Assembly (NCBI GenBank): GCA_910577825.1
Contig: CAJTOK010000013.1
Location: 416-64,415, forward strand
DNA: 64,000 nucleotides
Direction of reading: 5' to 3'
DNA from: an uncultured Lachnospiraceae bacterium
Lineage (GTDB): Bacteria > Bacillota > Clostridia > Lachnospirales > Lachnospiraceae
The notes under the pieces are model-generated. The model made no database searches. It was not told where the DNA came from and saw only the letters and a list, made by a program, of their open reading frames with translations. Below are positions 56,671 through 64,000 of the stretch, one piece after another. Made by a program: the position numbers and the translations under genes. Positions within the stretch are counted from its first letter, which is position 1, and every line of letters starts with the position of its first letter.

Positions 56671-57039
56671 CTATATCAATTTAAAAAGATTTATCGCAAG
56701 TTTTAAGGCAATAGAAGCATTCAATATTTCCTCCTTGCTTTCTTCTTGATGTTTTTTTGCATATTCAAAAAGATTCTTCTCATCCTGTCCTATCTTCTGT
56801 CTGGCTTGTAAGATGTAATAAACAGCATCCAGCACTTTTTTCCTGTCTACTGTTGATTTTTCACTATCATAAAAAAAAGCGATTGCTGGCAAGAGGCTTC
56901 CCATAATAATAGAAGCACCAAATGATGTAATCTGTCCACGGAATGTCTTTTGTACTTGCCCCTGGCCATCTACAATCTTGTTTTCTATAATTGCTTCATA
57001 TGCAATAGCAATTTCATCATTTATAATCTTTTTGTTCAT
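56671..57039 (-). CDS. cmr5: type III-B small subunit Cmr5
   Basis: ~122-aa all-helical protein between cmr4 and cmr6. ATG at 57039 follows GGAGGG and abuts the cmr4 stop. Confidence 0.7.
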   Translation of the reverse strand: MNKKIINDEIAIAYEAIIENKIVDGQGQVQKTFRGQITSFGASIIMGSLLPAIAFFYDSEKSTVDRKKVLDAVYYILQARQKIGQDEKNLFEYAKKHQEESKEEILNASIALKLAINLFKLI

Positions 57040-57041
57040 TA

Positions 57042-57788
57042 TCAGCCCTCCACTACTGTTACCATACATAATCCATAACCAATAGATGCATTTGCACCAA
57101 ACTGGATGACCTGGCTATCTACTGCATTCCTGAATTTTTCCAGTAATTCCTTATCCTCATCACCAGCTATTACGGGAAAATAAAATACAGATTCATGGGG
57201 AACTATTTCTTCATACCAAAGGTTTTTGCTAATCCCATTTTCTAGTTTATTCCTGGCAACAACCGGTAACGGAATACCTTTAAATTCATTATCACTGATA
57301 AGATAAATCTCTTCATCTAAAAGTAATGTTTTTTTTGCCAGGGCAACTCCTTCAACGCTTTTTCCCTGTATTTTCTCATCCTGTTCTAAATACATGGTAT
57401 CATTGCCAAAAAAAATTTTGCAGTACTTTACATATCTGTCTAATGCTTTATTAGTGGAAACCAGATAATATGCGCTATCTCCAGAAGAAGCCCTCATAGG
57501 AATTGTTAGCATATCTGCATCAAGAAATTTTAACTTTCCTGATGTAGTCTGCCCGCTGCTTTCAGAACCAAATATATTGTCTACATCTTTAGAAGATAAT
57601 CTTCGGCTTTTGCTAAAATGTTCCCTCATTGCACCTTTTACTCCTGATGCATTAATCATAGGATAGCATGTGACTGGGTCTTTTTCTACCTCGTTATCAA
57701 TAATATTATAGTTCACATCACCATTCCCTACATGTAAATTTGTAATACATTTTATTTTTAACATAATTGCTAACATATCCATCCTCAT
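57042..57788 (-). CDS. cmr4: type III-B RAMP protein Cmr4 (backbone/target-RNA-cleaving subunit)
   Basis: ITNLHVGNGDVNYNIIDNEVEKDP (catalytic Asp region), ASGVKGAMREHF, and a C-terminal GANASIGYG loop. Several possible ATG starts in the first 9 codons. Confidence 0.8.
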   Translation of the reverse strand: MRMDMLAIMLKIKCITNLHVGNGDVNYNIIDNEVEKDPVTCYPMINASGVKGAMREHFSKSRRLSSKDVDNIFGSESSGQTTSGKLKFLDADMLTIPMRASSGDSAYYLVSTNKALDRYVKYCKIFFGNDTMYLEQDEKIQGKSVEGVALAKKTLLLDEEIYLISDNEFKGIPLPVVARNKLENGISKNLWYEEIVPHESVFYFPVIAGDEDKELLEKFRNAVDSQVIQFGANASIGYGLCMVTVVEG

Positions 57789-57844
57789 TTCTTAAAACAT
57801 TTCCTGTTTTTAATAAATTCACATCTAATATACACAGATACAAA

Positions 57845-58891
57845 CTACACTTCCTTACCTAATTGTACAACTTTGTTATAACCAATTTTCTGGCAGTTTT
57901 CATTTGCAATGTCTAGACCACACTGTTTAAAAAACACACTACCCTTTTGAATCATGTTAAACTGTTTTTCACTTCTCTTTAACTTTCGTAAATGATTTTT
58001 TTCATCATATCTTGTTTCCAGATTTCTTATCTGTTTTTTTTCTACGATACAGAATTTATCATATATAAATTTCCCTTGTATATATAAATCAGAAAGCGCA
58101 TATATCCAAAGACCTTTATAACCTGCAAATGTATCTTCAACCCGCCTGGCCAGGTCATTGCCCGCAACAATTTTACTTGTAATCATAAATGCTGACTTTC
58201 CTAATCCCATATATCCAATATCTTTCTTTGGAAGGACTTCTTCAGTTAAATTAACGAATACTGCAAAAGAAAAGCCCGCTTTCATCCTAATCATTTCCCG
58301 TTTAAAAAAACAGTCATCATCTGAAGTTTTGTTATTTTTTCTATTTCCTGGTAAAACACTAGAAGAAAAAATTTTTTTATATACTTGTCCATTTCCTAAA
58401 TTATAATAACCAGAAGCAATCCCTTCTTTTGCATTATACTCTTCATTTTCTGGAAGCCTGATTTTACCAAATGATGTTTCTATCTCCTGTCCATTTAACT
58501 CCATTGGAGTGTACTGTGTTTCTCCTTTATTATTAAATGGGTTTTTTATATAATAATTTCCAATTGTATCCATTAAAAATACTGGTGATATCTCCTGGAT
58601 GCAGCCAAAATCCTGTTTTTTCTTTGTATCAAAACTAAAACTGCCAGCTCCTATATATTTTGCCATCCGGGCTCTTTCTTCTCTTGTATATTGGAAACCA
58701 GAACGCAAAATCCCTTTCTGCTTAAGGATAAGAAACCTTAATAATCCAAGAATAGTTGTCTGTTCTGGTACTTCGTTTGATTTAATATAGTATGATTCTT
58801 TACCTGTAAGTTTTTCACCTGGATATATGGATTTCTGGTCTGTTCCAAACATATATGCCCCAAGTGGTGTAATATTTACTAAATATACCAT
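57845..58891 (-). CDS. cmr3: type III-B protein Cmr3
   Basis: Position between cas10 and cmr4, 348 aa, the N-terminal ITPLGAYMFG pattern, and a start that shares one nt with the cas10 stop (TAATG). Confidence 0.7.
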   Translation of the reverse strand: MVYLVNITPLGAYMFGTDQKSIYPGEKLTGKESYYIKSNEVPEQTTILGLLRFLILKQKGILRSGFQYTREERARMAKYIGAGSFSFDTKKKQDFGCIQEISPVFLMDTIGNYYIKNPFNNKGETQYTPMELNGQEIETSFGKIRLPENEEYNAKEGIASGYYNLGNGQVYKKIFSSSVLPGNRKNNKTSDDDCFFKREMIRMKAGFSFAVFVNLTEEVLPKKDIGYMGLGKSAFMITSKIVAGNDLARRVEDTFAGYKGLWIYALSDLYIQGKFIYDKFCIVEKKQIRNLETRYDEKNHLRKLKRSEKQFNMIQKGSVFFKQCGLDIANENCQKIGYNKVVQLGKEV

Positions 58892-60447
58892 TATTTATCC
58901 CCCTCCTTTTCAAGTAAAAACTTTTTTATCCATAACAGGTATAAAAAAGTTTTAAGGGATTTATCTTCCTCTTTTGATTTAGGATTACACTCGCTTTCTA
59001 TATCATCTGCTGGAACAATAATTTTATCATTTTCATTAACAAAATATTTAAAATATGTACTACAAATACCTTTAAAATAATTTTCATTGACCTTTTGTTC
59101 CAAATGGTCAAATAAATTCATAAAAGCTTCTTCATATGCTGCAGCATCCATCTGGCCCTCATGTACCTTATTGTTCATCACATATATAATATGTTTAAAG
59201 TGTTCCAGGGTATAAATTACAGAATTAACTATTTTCTCATTTTCCGCTATAGCAGGATTTAAAACTTCTTTCAATACATTATTGTTAATATTGGGAACAA
59301 TTATAGTAACATTGCTTCCGCTGTGTTTTTGGATATAAATAGCCATCTTATCTTTTTGTTTATCACAACTCTTTGCTAGTTTAAGTAACTCCTCTCCTTT
59401 TTTTACTGCCTCATACAATGGGTACTTTTTATACTGGATAGTAATGCCAAAAGAAACCGTAGGCACTGGTTTACTATTCTTCAGGCTTTCTGGTTTTATA
59501 ATATATTCCTGGAACAGCTTACGTATATTTATACAAAGGTCAAATATATTATCCCCTTTTTGGTTAATTACTGGTGCCAGAAACAGTAAATCATCCCCAC
59601 CTGCATAAATTGTCATTCCACCATATTTTGCAATTATTTCTGATACTTTTTCATCATATGATAAACATGCTTCTGAAAAATTAGTAACTATTGTATTTTC
59701 CAATGTTTCCAGAAATTTACCCATTCCATCTCCATCTGCCTTTACAAGAGCATAATAATCTTTTCTTTTTAATTTTTCAGTAATTTTTTCATGGTCAGAA
59801 GAAATTTCACTAATCGTCCAGATACATTCTTTATTCTTTTTAAACTGGTTTTTATCACTTTCTATATTTGTAAACAACTTGCTTTGCTTTATATATATGT
59901 TACCAGCTTCTTCTTCACCTAAAAATAATCTGCGGAATATATTCTTTGAATCATCTTCTGGAAATGTTCTCATTAGTTCCAAAGTATCAAGATAAGGAGA
60001 TAATGCCAATATACAATTTTTCTTTTCCAAGTCTTTTTTTTCCGAGTCTTTTTTTTCCGAGTCTTTTTTTTCTAACACGACATAGTGGATTTGCAGGTAT
60101 TGTTCTAAAAATAACACTGAATTTTTATTATTAAATTGTTCCGGAAAATTATCTATTGTCTTGGTTTTGACCTCTTTAATTAAACTTTTAAGTTTCACAT
60201 GGTCATATTGCTCTGTTGAAAAAATAATCCTGTCATGAAACTTTCCCACCCCATCATGTATATGGATATTTTTTGCATAATATGGTGAATAAATTTTGGC
60301 ATTTTCAAAATTTTTTTCAACGCCTATACAAATCCTCCTGGTAATATCTGAAAAGATACTGCTGGCAAACCATAGTGCCGCAGGTGTTGATGCATCCATA
60401 ATTGTATCAAAAATAGGTCCTATAGTTATTCCGACAAATTTCGGCAT
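58891..60447 (-). CDS. cas10: Cas10/Cmr2, short form without recognisable HD domain
   Basis: Starts MPKFVGITIGPIFDTI. Palm motifs are ADGDGMGKF and AGGDDLLFLAP (GGDD intact). 518 aa, with no H-D pair region at the N-terminus. Confidence 0.8.
   Translation of the reverse strand: MPKFVGITIGPIFDTIMDASTPAALWFASSIFSDITRRICIGVEKNFENAKIYSPYYAKNIHIHDGVGKFHDRIIFSTEQYDHVKLKSLIKEVKTKTIDNFPEQFNNKNSVLFLEQYLQIHYVVLEKKDSEKKDSEKKDLEKKNCILALSPYLDTLELMRTFPEDDSKNIFRRLFLGEEEAGNIYIKQSKLFTNIESDKNQFKKNKECIWTISEISSDHEKITEKLKRKDYYALVKADGDGMGKFLETLENTIVTNFSEACLSYDEKVSEIIAKYGGMTIYAGGDDLLFLAPVINQKGDNIFDLCINIRKLFQEYIIKPESLKNSKPVPTVSFGITIQYKKYPLYEAVKKGEELLKLAKSCDKQKDKMAIYIQKHSGSNVTIIVPNINNNVLKEVLNPAIAENEKIVNSVIYTLEHFKHIIYVMNNKVHEGQMDAAAYEEAFMNLFDHLEQKVNENYFKGICSTYFKYFVNENDKIIVPADDIESECNPKSKEEDKSLKTFLYLLWIKKFLLEKEGDK
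60026..60070 (-). repeat. three tandem 15-bp units inside cas10, each carrying an A8 tract on the coding strand
   Basis: Plus strand TCCAAGTCTTTTTTT TCCGAGTCTTTTTTT TCCGAGTCTTTTTTT, encoding KKDSEKKDSEKKDLEKK. Confidence 0.9.
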
Positions 60448-61712
60448 TTCACTTTCACCACCTTTTTGTTATTTTTAATATCTTTTACATTTGTATCATC
60501 TCTCAGGTCTTTATTATAGTAATTTACATATTTCCCCAAAAATTCATCTATATCAAATTCAACTGGTGTAAATAAACATCCAGATTTATCTGTTTCTTTA
60601 TTCCTGAACTCAAACTTTTTATTATATATTTCTTCAGGTATCTCTCTTGCGATAATAAATACCACATTTTTTACTATTTTAAAATAGATAGGAGATGGTA
60701 CTCTTTTAACTTTTTCATCCTTGCTAGTTATTATAATAGAAACCTTCTTACTACTTCCTGCCTTTGCAATATAAGATAACACAGCACCTGTTCCAAGCAT
60801 TGCCCGGACATACTTAGGATTTTTATCTTTCCTGTCACAAATATTTTCTTTAGTGTTTACCTTTTTTTTGACGTCTACAACAATAGGAGAAATATTTCTT
60901 TGCTTCATCCATGCTTTTTCATTGTCAATCCCTTTTGTATGCATATACTTATAAATATATGACCTGGAAAACCCCCGGAAATTCCGGCCAGATTTCATAA
61001 TTCCATAAAAATCTTTTATTTGTTTAAAATATTCCGGCCAGATTTTTTCCTTATCCATAGAAGTTGTATTTTTCTTATCTATAAATTTCATGCAATAACA
61101 GGTCTTTGTTCCTTTTTTTTCTCCCCTCATCATGCTAATAGTATCATCTAACAGATAATCCGCAATCTGGGAAATTTGTTTTTCATTCATAGGATTATTA
61201 TAGTAACAAGATTTAGGTAAGAAACTTCCAAAACCTTTATTTTGCATTGCTCCAAAATTAGTCACAATAAAAAATTCTTCAATATAATCTTGTATTAGTT
61301 TTCTTAATTCAGGGATAAAACAAAAAATAGTAAGAGTTATATCAGAAATTATTCCTTGTTTCTGTTCTTCTTGTGGTTTTCCAATATTTCCATAGTATAA
61401 ATCATAGTCCAGCCATCTGTCTTTATTATTATTAAGCCTAATAATATTAGTTTTTTTATCTTTGATTTCTATTTTCATTCTATAGTTCAAAGCATTAAGT
61501 CCCTCATCTATAAAAATCAAAGGATATTTTTCATGTATAACTTTATCCTTATATGTTAATTTTAGTTTTCTAAAAAGAAACCGGTCCAATTTTGGTTTAA
61601 CTTCACTTGCCCTCAGGGTAAGGCCATTATAATTTTCATTCGTCTGGAAATGAATCAATGGACTTTGCGCTTCTAATTCCATCTTCAGTTTACAATGATT
61701 AAATTTTACCAT
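60426..61712 (-). CDS. cmr1: type III-B RAMP protein Cmr1
   Basis: 428 aa and first cmr gene after cas6. RAMP-like LRASEVKPKLDRF and GAMQNKGFGSF glycine loop. Overlaps the cas10 start by 22 nt. Confidence 0.7.
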   Translation of the reverse strand: MVKFNHCKLKMELEAQSPLIHFQTNENYNGLTLRASEVKPKLDRFLFRKLKLTYKDKVIHEKYPLIFIDEGLNALNYRMKIEIKDKKTNIIRLNNNKDRWLDYDLYYGNIGKPQEEQKQGIISDITLTIFCFIPELRKLIQDYIEEFFIVTNFGAMQNKGFGSFLPKSCYYNNPMNEKQISQIADYLLDDTISMMRGEKKGTKTCYCMKFIDKKNTTSMDKEKIWPEYFKQIKDFYGIMKSGRNFRGFSRSYIYKYMHTKGIDNEKAWMKQRNISPIVVDVKKKVNTKENICDRKDKNPKYVRAMLGTGAVLSYIAKAGSSKKVSIIITSKDEKVKRVPSPIYFKIVKNVVFIIAREIPEEIYNKKFEFRNKETDKSGCLFTPVEFDIDEFLGKYVNYYNKDLRDDTNVKDIKNNKKVVKVKCRNLSE

Positions 61713-61736
61713 TTGTCCAACTCCTTATACTATTTT

Positions 61737-62675
61737 TTACTTTATCCTATATCTTCCAAATCCAAAACTGGTATTTTTCCCAATATGTATCAATTCTCCT
61801 GCTAACAACAAAGGTAAAATTTCTGGAAGCCATTTCTCTACAATACAATAGCCTTTAATACCCTTTAATACCATGCTCTGCTTTTTTCTCTGGGAATAAC
61901 GTCTGACAGAAATCCTGCGGTGCTCCTGGTATATTATTTCTGGAAACTCAAACCCTTCCTTTTGATAATACTGGTTGCCAATTCCCTCATAACAGTCCAG
62001 CATAAAAATTCTCCGGCTTATTGCCTCCATTATAGGCTTCATTTTATATTCCTGAAGAAATTCACCATGATATTTTAGCGTCAGTGGTGTCTTAAATAAC
62101 AGTTTATTTTCTAATATCAGATGTTCCATCTGTTTCTGCCTGTAAATTACATAATCATAAACTTTTAGTGTCTGGTATCTGGACATGTCACAATGGCCAT
62201 CAGCATATATCACCTGGTTTAATGAATTTGTAACTGTTATTACCTTGTACATGCCTTTTCCTGTTCCCAGGCCGGTCTTACCTAGTGCCTTAAATGCTTC
62301 CAGAAACTGGTGGAAATACATAATTGTTTTTCCAAATAACAGAAGGTTAAATTTCAAAATATCCCCCTGATTAAACTGTTTCTCATAATTCTCACATTCT
62401 AATACATATCCAATACTTTCCCCTACAGTGACAAATGCAGGTTTGGATTCATATTGGGAATAAATTGTTCTTTGTACCAGACATTCAGACATAAAATTAC
62501 AGTTATCACAATGGCCATTACCAATACAATTCATCTGAAGCAGCATATTGCCCATACCACCCCGGAGTGCTGATACTTTGTCATTTGGTAATATTGAATC
62601 TTTTAAGAATCCAATAGTAAAATGCAGTTTTACATACTGAGTCTGCAAAGCTTCTTCTAATTCCTTAATCATCAA
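61737..62675 (-). CDS. cas6: Cas6-family pre-crRNA endoribonuclease (RAMP) with an N-terminal four-Cys cluster
   Basis: C-terminal IHIGKNTSFGFGRYRI glycine-rich loop and a CIGNGHCDNCNFMSEC cluster. Position at the head of the cmr genes. Confidence 0.7.
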   Translation of the reverse strand: MMIKELEEALQTQYVKLHFTIGFLKDSILPNDKVSALRGGMGNMLLQMNCIGNGHCDNCNFMSECLVQRTIYSQYESKPAFVTVGESIGYVLECENYEKQFNQGDILKFNLLLFGKTIMYFHQFLEAFKALGKTGLGTGKGMYKVITVTNSLNQVIYADGHCDMSRYQTLKVYDYVIYRQKQMEHLILENKLLFKTPLTLKYHGEFLQEYKMKPIMEAISRRIFMLDCYEGIGNQYYQKEGFEFPEIIYQEHRRISVRRYSQRKKQSMVLKGIKGYCIVEKWLPEILPLLLAGELIHIGKNTSFGFGRYRIK

Positions 62676-62697
62676 TGTACTCCTAAATATTGCATTA

Positions 62698-64000
62698 TTA
62701 AAAAATCTTACGTAATCTTAAGATAAAATCTAATAGTCTAACTTTATCCTGAATGCAAACTACTGTAACATTTATAACTAAATCAACCAATATGGCAGCA
62801 ATGGCAAGTACAAGACCATATATGCTAAACCTGTTTCCCATGCTAATATTAGAAATTTCATACAACCCCTGCAGCTGGTCATGTAAAATCCCCTGTTCCT
62901 CTTTTATCATCATTTGATTTTGAAGAAGGTGGTAAATTTCAATTCCCTGCTCTTGTGTAGATGCCTCCATAATAAGAATCTGGTTCTTAAATTTTATATA
63001 TTGCTTTTGTAAATCAATAAGTTCGTCAGACTGTTTTCTCTTTAATCTTCCCTCACCCATTTCTGCAACAATCTTTCCTGCCCTGTCAGCAAAAGCCATA
63101 ATTCCTATTCTTTGCGCTAATACTAAAGAAACAAAATAGCTGTATTCAATAATAAATGGCCTGATTACACTTGCATTTACACCGTCGTATTCTGTAGTGA
63201 TACAGCACAATGAATATGATGTTGCATTATAAATAGTCCCCCAATCCAGCCACCGTGGATAAACCGCATCTGCATATAACTGTTCACGCATATTTTTATC
63301 CTGGCATGTTGCACTTTTTGCATCCATAAACAATATAGGATATAATTCTTTTTCATCATACTCTTTATTTTCTATTGCCTTTGACAATTGTGTATCACGG
63401 ATAATTGTACACACAAACATACGGTCGTCAGAAAGTAAATTTACTTCAATATCGTTTATTTGATTATGTTCAAGATTACAATTTAATAAATCATATAAAA
63501 ACTGTGCCTGTCTTGTAAGCTGCTGGTATTCTGACAATGTACCTTCTAAATACTGGTCAATCATTTCACGGAATTTTACAGTATTATATATATTCTTATC
63601 AATAATAATCCCAAGTTCGTCTGCACATAGTAAAAAACTATCTTTGTCTGCCAAATAAGGAATGCAGGTCCGTCTTCCATAATCATTTATTTTTTTTATA
63701 TCACTAACATTATAATTACTATTTAATACCCTGATAAATAATATACCTGCCCCATGGCTATATATATGAAGTTCTATTTCATCAATAGGCAGATAAAATT
63801 CTTTGTTTTCCTTGTTTCCTTTGTCTTCTTTGTCTTCTTTCTTGACATAATATTGGTATTGCTTCCTTGCATCAAAGGGATATTCATAGACATGGCATAT
63901 ATTCATTTCTTGGTTAATAAATATATCTCTTGCTGATTGGCTAAAATACTGATAACGCATAAAACAATCAATAGCGTCCTGGCTTGCTTGTTTTTTTACC
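62698..64000 (-). CDS. uncharacterised C-terminally membrane-anchored protein, candidate type III ancillary effector (CorA-like?); 5' end may lie outside the window
   Basis: The 420-aa ORF from ATG 63960 has no RBS, and its frame stays open to position 64000 (VKKQASQDAIDCF-M...). Long predicted helices end in ...YEISNISMGNRFSIYGLVLAIAAILVDLVINVTVVCI. It lies 22 nt upstream of cas6. Confidence 0.5.
   Translation of the reverse strand, partial: VKKQASQDAIDCFMRYQYFSQSARDIFINQEMNICHVYEYPFDARKQYQYYVKKEDKEDKGNKENKEFYLPIDEIELHIYSHGAGILFIRVLNSNYNVSDIKKINDYGRRTCIPYLADKDSFLLCADELGIIIDKNIYNTVKFREMIDQYLEGTLSEYQQLTRQAQFLYDLLNCNLEHNQINDIEVNLLSDDRMFVCTIIRDTQLSKAIENKEYDEKELYPILFMDAKSATCQDKNMREQLYADAVYPRWLDWGTIYNATSYSLCCITTEYDGVNASVIRPFIIEYSYFVSLVLAQRIGIMAFADRAGKIVAEMGEGRLKRKQSDELIDLQKQYIKFKNQILIMEASTQEQGIEIYHLLQNQMMIKEEQGILHDQLQGLYEISNISMGNRFSIYGLVLAIAAILVDLVINVTVVCIQDKVRLLDFILRLRKIF

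Overview
The window looks like a low-GC Firmicutes chromosome, probably a Clostridia/Lachnospiraceae-type gut anaerobe, judged from GGAGG-type RBSs, gene content and AT-rich intergenic DNA. About 80% of it is coded on the minus strand.

Core blocks:
- gap-pgk-tpiA
- recD2
- gltB-gltD
- a solitary tRNA-Glu(CTC)
- dapA-dapB with cvpA, queH and a NUDIX gene
- cobO
- an SSB-like gene
- typA

Accessory patches between them:
1. An AT-rich three-gene cassette (DUF4869, a 137-aa mini P-loop ATPase and an unknown protein) at 1.7-3.3 kb.
2. A MacB-type ABC pair.
3. An intact ISAs1-family IS with perfect 20-bp inverted repeats and a 9-bp target duplication. It sits 9 bp upstream of the -35 of a blaI-blaR1 operon, which converges on a lipoprotein gene plus a MecA_N-type PBP.
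4. An Rpn (PD-(D/E)XK) nuclease gene next to a decaying uronate/unsaturated-glucuronide locus. This locus has a kduD-kduI deletion fusion, intact DUF2264 and GH88 genes, and an AraC gene with an in-frame TAA.
5. A tightly packed LRR / VWA-DUF2201 / MoxR-type AAA / JAB gene string downstream of a two-component system.
6. At the right edge, an AT-rich type III-B Cmr operon (cas6-cmr1-cas10-cmr3-cmr4-cmr5-cmr6). Its Cas10 appears to lack an HD domain, and no cas1/cas2 or CRISPR array is visible. It is preceded by an uncharacterised C-terminally membrane-anchored protein whose frame runs off the window.

Best leads:
- The candidate membrane effector of the III-B system.
- A roughly 60-nt hairpin element present twice, with three compensatory base-pair changes. 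One copy sits exactly where a CRISPR array would be expected.
- The MoxR/VWA/LRR/JAB cluster.
- The DUF4869 cassette.
- A 19-bp box shared in opposite orientation by the dapA and dapB promoters.

All family assignments come from reading motifs by eye and from memory. No database search was run.
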